64,000 nucleotides of DNA, taken from contig NC_043014.1 of the NCBI RefSeq assembly GCF_006345805.1, forward strand, positions 682,001 to 746,000, read 5' to 3'. The notes beneath the pieces are model-generated. The model worked only from the letters and a program-made list of their open reading frames with translations. It did no database searches and had not been told where the DNA came from. Made by a program: the position numbers and the translations under genes. Shown here piece after piece: positions 39,918 to 51,180 of this stretch. Each line of letters opens with the position of its first letter. Within the stretch, counting starts at the first letter, position 1. Origin of the DNA: Octopus sinensis. Lineage: Eukaryota.

Positions 39918-40135
39918 CTTTATTTAAAAGCAGCAGAAAATTCAACAAAACCTGTTACTCTGAGTTTCACGTTCCCGTTCGTCGGACAGTTCGGCAACGG
40001 GAAACTCAGAGTAACAGGTTTTGTTGAATTTTTTGCTGCTTTTAAATAAAGCATATTACTCTACTGCTGGTATTTGAGTACTCTTTTTTCCACCTTGTTT
40101 CACATTTATGTGTTTACTCCGGTATATATATATAA
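39918..40135. mobile_element. Penelope-like terminal repeat with 51-bp inverted arms
   Basis: 39918-39968 and 40001-40051 are reverse complements with 1 mismatch; same family as 9320-9475. Confidence 0.6.
39947..39991 (-). ncRNA. Minimal type-I hammerhead ribozyme motif
   Basis: Minus strand: CTGT-CCGACGA-ACG(GGAA)CGT-GAAA-CT(CAG)AG-TA|ACAG; predicted cleavage between 39956 and 39955. Confidence 0.6.
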
Positions 40136-41177
40136 TCAAACATGGCTCAAATATTTTAAAGATCAAAAAATTCTTATAAAATCATGGAATAGAGAAACTA
40201 TTGTTTGTTTTATATTTGAACTGAAGTAAAACGACAACGTGTTTGATAAGATATTCGCGGGTATTTCATGTGTGTTGATATCTTAAAGTAGTTTCTTCCT
40301 CGCAACCATGAACCTCTTGTAACTATACACATAGGTATTCCTGACAGCAACACCTCAAATCTCTTAGAACCCCCACACACACAGGTGCCCTTTAACCCTT
40401 GTTTTTTTTTCAAATCGGTAATGACAGGGGGTCTGTCCACATGCGAGCCTTTTGAGCTGTCATTAAAGTGTCATACCCTCCGATCATACGTCTGGCGCTA
40501 CATACTAGAAAAACCGGAGCGGTACTATACTGCATCACGTAGGTTGTAAAGTTTTTGACTTGTACTATTTGTACCAACGAGGCCGAAAGGGTTAAAACAG
40601 ACATAGGTACCTCATCCCTTAGAGTAACACTTCTATGTCCCTTACAACAGAGCCAGCTATCCCTTGTTACAGCAACACCTTGATCCCGCTTAAAGCACAC
40701 CCAGATATCTCTTGCAGCAACATCTCGACACTCTTTACAGAAGGCCTAGATACCCCACTTACATTCAGATACCCTAACACCACACACATAGGTACCCTTT
40801 ACAGTAAACCTCGACCCCACCCCCCGTGCTGGTACACCTTGGTACCTCTTTGTGGGGCACCATCTGAAAACAACTGCTCCAATGTTTTCGAAGTAAAGAA
40901 TATATTGGATGTTGTAGATTTTGAAGTGTTAAATATAATAATGGATGAGAGAAAAAAAAGAGGGAATGGCATGGTTGGAAAGGTTCTGATTTGGACTGCC
41001 TGATAAAGGCTGACCTGGGGCTAAACATCAATCTCTTTCTTACGTACATAATATACACACATACAATTTCTATACATACATGTCTACTTATGGTTGCTGA
41101 GGAAAATGAATTTCTCTGCAAAACCTGATCCTCCCCAAACAACGAACTCGTCTGTCGTTCTCCGGATCTTTTCTTAC

Positions 41178-41265
41178 CTTGTACAGGGTCGAAGGACCAC
41201 ATCAACATGTAGACCAAGAAGGTAAACTCCACCAAACGTAAAAATCCGTGGAAAATAGATCCCAT
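41178..41265 (-). CDS. Gene A first coding exon: signal peptide MGSIFHGFLRLVEFTFLVYMLMWSFDPVQ(G/V), secreted or membrane protein of unknown family
   Basis: ATG in atcATGG context, hydrophobic core, donor CAAG|gtaaga (phase 1), CpG-rich region upstream at 41.4-41.7k. Confidence 0.7.
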
Positions 41266-41399
41266 GATAGAAATATGTCTATAAATATTAAATAAATAAT
41301 CCTTTCTGTTCGAAAGATCGACAGTGTGTGTGTGTGTGTGTGTCTGTTAAATAATTCTTCTCGGTGTGTATAGGATGACCATACTGGACAATGTGGGGA

Positions 41400-41650
41400 C
41401 ACTGTTTTACTGGAACTTTGCTTTTCCCGGGCCCCGATTCACTAAACGGTTTACATCGTTTGCCAAGAGCTACACAGAAATTCCGCTCATCTTGTCTCGG
41501 GACAACGAAATGAAGCAGCAGCGGCGGCGGCCGTCGATGGATTCAATCGACCCACCCACCGTCCGACCGTCCGTCCGTCCGACCGACCGCTTTCTCTGCG
41601 CAAATAAATCGCTCCTCGACGGCGATGTTGCTTTTTAAACCGTGAAGCTA
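41400..41650 (-). promoter_or_regulatory. CpG-rich 5' region of gene A
   Basis: Dense CpG, (CCG)n and (GTCC)n in an otherwise CpG-poor window, just upstream of the ATG. Confidence 0.5.
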
Positions 41651-41770
41651 TCTTTTTGTTTTTTTAGGTCTGTCCAGAGTTTTGCTTTTCTTTCGGTGGA
41701 GAGAAAACTTGACTTTCTTTCACTGTTTGTAATTTTTTTAAAAATATAAACTTGTCATCCGTGTATGTCT

Positions 41771-41975
41771 GTCGCTGTGTCATATATTCTTCTTCTACCT
41801 GTGATAGACGTCTGCACCTGTAATATATCCTTCTACCTGTTGTACATTCCTCTACCTCTTCTATATTTCTGTCGCTGGGGTGTATGTTGTATTATTCTTC
41901 CTCTACCTGTGGTATATCCCTGCAGCTGTTATATATTCCGCTACCTGTGAGATATCCTTACAAACAGGTGGTCGC
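41771..41975. repeat. Degenerate 19-bp minisatellite carrying CTACCTG/CACCTG/CAGCTG motifs
   Basis: Units at 41795, 41814, 41833, 41852, 41903, 41922 and 41941. Confidence 0.7.
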
Positions 41976-43646
41976 TGTATGTTTGTAGATAGATTAAAAC
42001 GAAGACAGACAAAGAAAGAAAAGTTATGACATTTGTTTAAAAAGTTATGGAAAAAAATCCCAACCTATTACAATAGTTAGAAGTGTTTTGTCGTAATTAT
42101 TTCTCGACATTTTTCTGCCTTTCGTTTTAACAAGAAAGAGAAAATAAAATTCTCCTTGCGTCAGTCATTTTGTTCTTCGCATCGTCTGAACACTTAAATC
42201 TTTCCCTTCTGCTCCAACTTTCAACAGATGGGTGAGGCAATGGCAATCATCAACTAATAAAACTCGCCAAACATTTATTTCTCTCTCTCTCTCTTTCAGA
42301 TGCATCAACAGGTTAAACACGAAACTGAAATAAAAGCCATCGTCTATGAGGAGGGTAGTGTGTTATTAACAGCAAACTACTTGCTTCTTAAAATAGCGAC
42401 TAATTACATACAAATTCGATAGATTTAGGTAAAATAAACCCCAGGAGGTGACCCACTCAGTAAGGTGCCGGGTTTTTTTTTTTTTTTCTTCTATCTTCAG
42501 ATCCAAATGTTTCCTCCCTTTCTCTCTTTTACGACGCGGTGTTCCGCGGTTCGAATCCGGCGGTCGGTCGTAATTAGTTGCGTAAAAAAGAAAAGAGGTA
42601 AAGCAAATCTAGAAGTTTATTTACACCACATTCCTGAGTCTGTCAGTAAAATAGACAGGCTGGCAGGCTGGCTGGCCTGGCTGGCCGCCCAGAAACTCGA
42701 CTACTGACTATGAAAAGTTCTCTTGTCAGAAGTATTTACCTCTGAAATATGCGGCGGTTGGTGATGAATGCGAACTAAATTAACAGGTTGTCGTCAATGG
42801 GAAACCTTTTAAAACAGTTGCTTCGCTAAACAGACATCGTCTCAGACGTTGCGACTGACTGAGAAGCATTTCCTAGGGAGCCACAATCAAGTTTTAATGT
42901 TTATATAAAGGAAAAACACTTGTGAGATTTGTCAGAAAATGTTGACGGGAAGATAAAGACTCTAAACTATATTCGTTCCACGTGTGGATTGTATTTCTTA
43001 CATTATCTCAAACTGTCAAGTAATAAATTCAAGAGAAGACATTGGGCCAGGTTTTTCTCAAGGTTATTGACGCGCGCACATGTGGTGTGTGTGCGTGTCT
43101 ATGTGTGTGTGCGTGTGTCTGTGTGTGTGTGTGTATATGTATGTGTGTGTATGCGTGTGTGTGTGTGTGTGTGTGTGTGTGCCGTCTATGAGGAATCAAT
43201 GAACTTTCACTCTCAGGATTCTCTTCGTTTTCCTATTTTCTTCTCTCTTCTGTACAAAAAATGTTATAAATGATTTGATCTGAGAACCTATAAAATGTAT
43301 GTGGTTTTTTTTTATTGTATTAGATGATGGAGAAGAACACGTGTGTCAAGTTAATCCCTTTCAATATATTTTATTGTTAATCCCTTTTCATCCCAATTCA
43401 AACACACACACAACTGTTTGTATTTTGTTTAGTTAATCCCGTTACACACACATTCATTCTATACTCTGAAAAATCCTAAATATTAAATTTTATTTTAATT
43501 CCAATTCATCTGAAGAAAACGGGGTTTTTACATAATGTAATGGATTTGTCCATCAATAAAAGACATGTCTGAAACAGTTGTAGTGAACTTCAGCACATCT
43601 GTGGTGCTCCAGCATGACCACAGCCACCTGGCTGAAACACATAAAA

Positions 43647-43692
<46 letters not shown>

Positions 43693-43696
<4 letters not shown>

Positions 43697-44090
43697 TCGT
43701 CATTTAACGTCTGCTTTTCATGCTGGCATGGGTTGGACGGTTTGACTGAAGACTGGTGAGCCAGAGGCTGCATCAGGTTCAATCTGGTCTGGCAAAGTTT
43801 CTACAGCTGGATGCTCTTCCTAACGCCAACCACTCTGAGAGTGTAGTGGGTGCTTTTATGTGCCACCGGCACGAGGGCCTGTCGGGCGGTTCTGGCAATG
43901 ACTACGCTCAAAAGGTGCTTTTATGTGCTATCTGCACGGGAGCCAGTCCGGTGGCACTGGCAATGACCACACTCGAATGTTGTCTTTCACGTGCCACCAG
44001 CACATGTGCCAGTAAGGCGATGCTGGCAACAATCATGTTCAAATAGTGCTTTTCATGTGTCACCGACACGGGAGCCAATCTGTGGCCCTG
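43693..44090 (-). mobile_element. SINE A copy in (TA)n
   Basis: Family core with diverged modules. Confidence 0.8.
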
Positions 44091-44138
44091 GCAACATATA
44101 TACGTATATATATATATACACACACAAACATTATACTA

Positions 44139-44175
<37 letters not shown>

Positions 44176-45524
44176 TGATTTTCCATCTGAAGAATTTCTA
44201 AAGATGTCTTACATGTTTATCCAACATGTACAGTTTTGTTATTCCTATTACCAAATGCAACATGTGTAATGGTGAATAGATAATAAATATTTTTTCCAAT
44301 CTCCTGTTTCAATACATACACACACACACACACATGCATGTATGCATATATTTGTGTATATATGTATGTGCATGTGTACGTATGTATACATGTTTGTACA
44401 TACATCCACAAACACACTTGTATACATCCTGTATGCCACATTCAGTCAACCAATCAACCTGTTAGGACTGCTGTGTCAGGATGGGCCCCAATGTGGATTT
44501 TAAAAGAAGTGGTGGTGGTGGTGGAGAACAAATGCCTTACTATGTTTGATGAAATTTAAAATGTTGTAAATCTTCATCTGATGCTGTGGCAACGTCTTAT
44601 TTTGGTTTTCCAGTGATAAACATAAAGAAAAACAACAAAGTATGATGCAAAGTGTTTCCATTTTGATTTTGATTTTACTTGACTCAGAAGGTTTTCTCAA
44701 GTGCAGCGTACCACCCGATGATTCGAGGGTACTTTTAAATGGGCTGGTTTTACAACACTGGTATAGGCTATGGCTGTGATCTCACTTTACTTGCCGGATC
44801 TTCTCAATCATAGCATATCTCCAAAGGTCTTGGTCTCTTGTCATTGCCTCTGTGGGCTTCTTCCAGTTTCCATCTACCAAATCCACTCACAAGACTTTGG
44901 TCTGCCCGAGGCTATAGTAGAAGATACTTGCTCAAGGTGCCATGCAGTGGGAATGAACCTGGAACCATGTGGTTGGGACGCAAACATCTTACCACAAGAC
45001 CATGCCTGTGACTATTGCATAGCAAAACATTACCAACACCAGACTCGTTATCATCATTAACTCTATAACTTGGCACTGTCCACCATTTTTTTCCCTTTTC
45101 CACAAAATCAGAGACCAAAAGCTACCTAAATTGTTAGTTTTTAAGGAATTTTTTATTCAATTTTGTTCACCATAATTGTGTGTTTGCAAATAAGCAAAAA
45201 AAAAAAATAATAATAATTGTTCTCTCACTAATTATAAAATTTATTTTGAAAGTGTTTGCTGACTTTTGACTCATCCACATCACTTGGTAACCAATTCCAT
45301 TTAGCTTTGAATTCTGTGAGAGAAATCTTGTTTTAGTGTTTATTGCAAAGATTGTTTCACAGAACTTCATGTTTGGCTGGGTTTCAACAAGCACTGACTG
45401 TATTTTAAGTTAGAACCAAGTTAGTAAATGGACCAATCCTAACTGCACGCCATTTTTATAAATTCACTTAGAAATATAGAAAAATCTTTTACACCAAGAC
45501 CCTAAGTGGTTTTTTTATATCTTT

Positions 45525-46380
45525 TACTTGTTTCAGTCATTTGACTGTGGCCATGCTAGAGCAACACCTTTTAGTTGAGCAAATCGACCCCAGGACTTAT
45601 TCTTTGTAAGCCCAGTACTTATTCTATCGGTCTCTTTTTGCCAAACCGCTAAGTTATGGGGTTGTAAACACACCAGCATCGCATGTCAAGTGATGGGGGG
45701 GGGGACACAGACACACACACATCATCATCATCATCATCGTTTAACGTCCGCTTTCCATGCTAGCATGGGTTGGACGGTTCAACTGGGGTCTGGGGAGCCC
45801 GAAGGCTGCACCAGGCCAGTCAGATCTGGCAGTGTTTCTACAGCTGGATGCCCTTCCTAACGCCAACCACTCCGAGAGTGTAGTGGGTGATTTTATGTGC
45901 CACCGACACAGGTGCCAGACGAGGCTGGCAAACGGCCACGCTCGGATGGTGTTTTTTTTATGTGCCACCGACACAGGTGCCAGACGAGGCTGGCGAACGG
46001 CCACGCTCGGATGGTGTTTTTTATGTGCCACCGACACAGGTGTCAGACGAGGCTGGCGAACGGCCACGATCGGATGGTGTTTGTTACGTGCCCACAGCAC
46101 GGAGGCCAGTCGATGCGGTACTGGCTACGGCCACGTTCGGATGGTTTTCTTATGTGCCACCGGCACTGGTACCACAAAGATACAAATTCCATTGATGTTC
46201 ATCTATTTTGATTTGGTTTGATATACAACAGGCTTCTTTCAGTTTCCTTCTATCAAATCCACTCACAAGGCTTTAATTGGCCCGAGACTATAGTAGAAGA
46301 CACTTGCCCAAGGTGCCATGCAGTGGGACTGAACCCGGAACCATATGGTTGGTAAGCAAGCTACTTACCACACAGCCACT
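45525..46380 (-). mobile_element. SINE B/C interrupted by SINE A (45720-46170, minus)
   Basis: Tail part 45525-45715 and head part 46225-46380 flank the insert. Confidence 0.8.
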
Positions 46381-47989
46381 CCCGCACCATTTGTTAAAAA
46401 TAGCAGCCAAATCTCCCTTTAAACCACCCTCCTCTGCCTTAAATCTGTTGGTGCCAACCCCACTAAGTTTAATGATACAAACTTTGTTTGAAAATCAAAA
46501 GTTTCCAGTTAATTCCTGTTCTTTACTAAAACCTTCATCCTTAAGAAAACCGAAACAGCGACAGAGAAGATTTGATAGAAATACAGTAAGAAAAGGATTT
46601 AAAGAGATTATGTCTGACACTAGACTCGATTATAAAATATTATATACGTGCAAGGAAAGCATTTGATTCCAGGTCTGCAGGTGGAATGTCGACCTGGGGT
46701 TAAACAGCAGCCCTAATGAAGTAAGGGGTTCGGTTAAGATGTAAGGGAGACTACTCAGTAACTTGTCTAAGACTGAACTGGGTGGAGACGAAATTCGGGC
46801 AAAGCCAGTTGCTTCCATTACTAAAAATATGATGGATAATTGCCACTAAACGAAGTTAAACATTACCGATGCCAAGTCTAATCAGGATGGAGCTAAGAAT
46901 AAGAATATTTCAGCGAAATCAGTTATATTTCTTTAGAATTAACAAACACTCAGCTTAAGTATCCGACAACTATTCGTCGTCGCACAGTTAACTTCGCTCT
47001 CTATATTCATACAGACTCGACTCACACTCGAGTTATAAACCACACTCCACATGTTAGCTGCACTCGACATCTACTTACTGACTCTACTGATTGCAAAAAG
47101 TGAAAAGAAAATACCTACTTTATGGGTATATTCTGTTTATATTACTTCTCTATCTCTGTCCGTTTGCCTATAGATATATAAGCTGTGTGTTTCTAGCTCA
47201 CAGGCCATGCCTTAATTCGTTTAACTGAATCATTCACTCGCTGAGAATGTTCTTTAAAAAACTAGAAACGAGTTAACTAATGTCTATGTAAAACTACGTA
47301 GACACACACAGCCGTACATGCAGAGAGAGAGGGGGTGCGTACAGGCACGACTGGGTGGTAAAGAATCTAGTTTCTTAACCAAATGGTTTGGGGTTCAGTC
47401 TCCTGTGCAGCTGACTGATGCCTTAGGGAAAAATTTGGTAGCTGGAAACTATAAGAAAATCTCCCCTTTGGTCACAATAAAGGACTTCCCCAAACAGTGT
47501 GACCAGTGCATTTGCAGTAAAGAGATTTTGTCTGCATTAGCAATGGCCTGCCACACAGCATCGTAGGTTGTCCACCCCTCGAAGAACTACGGGTGGAATA
47601 CGCCATTTACTGCTGTCAGGGACTCAGAATATTGATGTAGCTCATTATTCTGTCTCCGATCAACGTTTGGGCGGTCAGCTAAGTCTACTTACTGAAATGT
47701 TCCTGGCCATTCCGCTTTCCTTCTTGGAGTTCGTAGGAGAGATATGAACGAGGCTAATCCAGTGAGGTTTATTGTAGAGTTGGGTCCTGACGAATGTTAG
47801 AAGGAGCCACATGTAGAGGTCATGTTAGTGTAGGAAACTACATCCACATGTAATTTATTTGCTAACTCAAGGGTCCTGCAGACAGTTGTGCCCTATTATA
47901 CACTTACTTGGACCCTAAAATGTGAATATAATTGCTGAGTAGAAAGTCTTGAAATGGCAGGTTTATGGTTTATACTTGAGACATCGTTA

Positions 47990-48230
47990 TTAAAATCTAT
48001 TTGCATAACCGTTACTGAAGAAATAAGGAAAGAACTTGAGTGGTTTAGCCATTTAATCAGAAGACCACCTCATAATATATGGAATGCAGGCATTTTACCA
48101 AAACTTTCTGACCCTTGGCCAAGAGGTAGACCACCTAAGAAGTGGATTACTCGGATCTGTGAAGAGACAGTGATGCAGTTTACAAGAGCATGGAGAGGCG
48201 AGGAGCAGCTGACTGGAAAAGATGGTGCTG
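47990..48230 (+). mobile_element. RTE LINE 3' remnant
   Basis: EEIRKELEWFSHLIRR...PRGRPPKKWITRI. Confidence 0.6.
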
Positions 48231-48393
48231 TGGGGGTGGGGCAAGCGGAGGGGGGGGAGACAGACAGGATGAGTGTCCTGGGGGGGGGGCGGAAAGGATG
48301 AATGTTTGAGAGAATAGCCTCTTCCTCCCCACCATCATCATCATTTAAAACAAGTTTCATACTAGCGTGGATTAAACACACCCACAAGCACTA

Positions 48394-48560
48394 GGCGCGT
48401 GGCTTAGTGGTCAGGGTGTTGCATTTGGGATTTGGCAATCGTGATTTCAATTCCTAGACCGGGTGGTGCGTTGAGTTCCTCAGTAAAACACTTCATCCCA
48501 CGTTGCTCTGCGATCCCTTCGACACCTGGCATATGGCACACCTGTGGCACCTGTTCAGAC
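48394..48560 (+). mobile_element. tRNA-derived SINE head
   Basis: Box A TGGCTTAGTGG and box B-like GATTTCAATTCC; no tRNA acceptor stem. Confidence 0.65.
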
Positions 48561-50446
48561 AATACCGATTTGAAGGAGGTGAGAGGGAGCTAAACAAATC
48601 TTCGACGGGAGAGTCCTTATATATGACATGACAATGACAAGTTCCTTAACCCTTTGGGGGTCGTTGGGGGCACTCCTGCAGCCATGGAGCGTATCTCGGG
48701 CGAGGGAGCCTGGCGGAGCCCGTCCCACTCCAGGATAAACTCATTTCTACAGTTGAGCGGAGTAAAGTGAAATGAAGTGTTTTGCTCAAGAACTGAACGC
48801 GTCGCTCGCCTGGCCCAGGAACTGAAACCACGAACTTACGATCATGGGTCCAACATCCCTAACCACGGATCCACACACAAATGCGTATCATATACATACC
48901 CGTGTTCTGTATGAGATTCATAACAGATAGTTCTCATAGCAGACTTTAAATCTTCATTATTTCAATAATCTGACTCAAATATTTACAGTTAATAAATGTT
49001 GGACTTTTTTTTTGGCGGTGGTGGTGGTGGTGGTGGTGGAGGTGGTGGGGTTTATCATGAATTCTGCAAAATCTTGCCTCTCAGTAAATGTTTGATTGGT
49101 GAAAAGCTTTTAACCTGGAAATCTTTTTTTTTTGTCAGTTATTTGAGAAATAACTCTATTGGTTCCACTTTTACTCTTCTAATTCTCTCAACAACAATCC
49201 ACAATCGTTATAGAATTCAGAGAAATTTATATTCTTTAATTGAAGAATCATAATTACCATTGTTGCATTTCTTCTAAGGAATATTTCATTATCGTCTTTG
49301 ATGAGAATTAAGGCCATTAAAACAGTGTGGGAGGGACATAGTGAAAACGTGGGCGAGGCCTAGTTAACAGTGGGAGGGGCCTAGTGGGAGTTTTCCACTG
49401 ATTCATCCCCTCACTTATTCCTTATTTCTAACCATTCCCTATGCAGTCTTGTAACCTCTACCCACCCACTCATCCCTCCTGTTCTTCTGTCCCCATTCAC
49501 CTGTCCTCATCACCCCTATTTTCACCATTTTCCTGCTCCAACCAGACCACTCTTATCCTCTCTTCTAAAAGATGAGTGGCCGTGTCGCTCCCCAGCAAGA
49601 AATCTGTCCTGCACTGCTTGACCCTTTTTTTAAGGCCTCATATCCTGGCATGAAAACATGAAAACCACCTTTCTTGGGGTTTGTAATCTTGCAAGTTGCA
49701 TAGTGACCTCACAAGTGCTGGAGTATGTAAAAAGAAGCTAGTGAATGCTGTGAAGAGGTGGTCATTAGGAAGGGCATCCAGTCGTCAAATACCCTGTCAA
49801 AGCAGACGCTGGGGCACGATGCGGTCGTCACACCCGTCAGATCCCATCAATATGGAACATGAACGTTGAATGATGACGATGATGATGATGATGTCTGTTC
49901 AAAGGAATGAAGAAACATTTGTTAAACAAAATGTTTTTAGAAAGTAAAGAGATTGAGTTTTTTGTTTTAGTTGTTGTTGTTGCTGTTGCTGTAAAAGGTC
50001 AGCGATTGGCCGAGTGGTTCGAGCATCCGACGAAAGGCCCTGCAGTATGCATCGCAGGGGTCTCTTGTCTAAGTTCAATTCCTTTGAGGTCAACATTGCC
50101 TTTCATTCCTCCGAGGGTGATGATAAAATACCAGTCAACTACTGGGGTCAATTTCTCTGCCCTCTCAGATCTGGTTATGTTGTAGCGTGAGGGTTGAGCG
50201 AGGGACCAGCATCCTCATCGCAAAGACACACTGACATGTTAGAGGGAAAAGTGTCTTAAAGTCCGGGGAATGGAAAGTCGAAGAATAGTGGTGTGGTTAA
50301 GGGGTGGTGGAATCGGACAGTGAATTGAGACAATGTCGAATGCGACTCTGTCACGGGTGGGCAGACCCACATAACGTTTAAAATAACCGCCACAGTGATG
50401 AGAATTCTCTCTTCAACAAGTGTGTATGAATGTACGTATGGCTACA

Positions 50447-50606
<160 letters not shown>

Positions 50607-50634
50607 ACGTATGGCTACAATCTCTCTCCCCTCT

Positions 50635-50693
<59 letters not shown>

Positions 50694-50720
50694 ACGTATG
50701 GCTACAATCTCTCTCCCCTC

Positions 50721-50754
<34 letters not shown>

Positions 50755-50849
50755 TATATATGTGTGTGTGTGTGTGTGTGTACAGTGACTTAAAAGCTGA
50801 GAGTTTTGTGCGATTGCACTTAAAGAGAGATATATATATATGTATCACT

Positions 50850-51180
50850 TTTACTCTTTTACTTGTTTCAGTTATTTGACTGTGGCCATGCTGGAGCACC
50901 GCCTTTTAGTCGAGCAAATCGACCCCAGGACTTATTCTTTGTAAGTCTAGTACTTATTATATCGGTCTCTTTTACCGAACCACTAAGTTACGGGGACGTA
51001 AACACACCAGCATCGGTTGTCAAGTGAGGTTGGGGGGACAAACAAAGACACAAACACACACACACACATATACGACGGGCTTCTTTCAGTTTCCGTCTCA
51101 CAAGGCTTTGGTCGGCCCGAGGCTATAGTAGAAGACACTTGCCCAAGGTGCCACGCAGTGGGACTGAACCCAGAACCATG
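50850..51180 (-). mobile_element. SINE B/C copy
   Basis: Matches 25800-26195. Confidence 0.85.

Noticed and set aside
40774-41177. 163-aa ORF continuing from the gene A ATG
   Set aside because: It reads through a consensus donor (AAG|gtaaga) into low-complexity intron; only the first 29 codons look real.
48394-48470. tRNA gene (also the B/C SINE heads at 5.5k, 26.1k and 46.3k)
   Set aside because: Boxes A and B are present, but there is no cloverleaf or acceptor stem and each runs into a SINE body.
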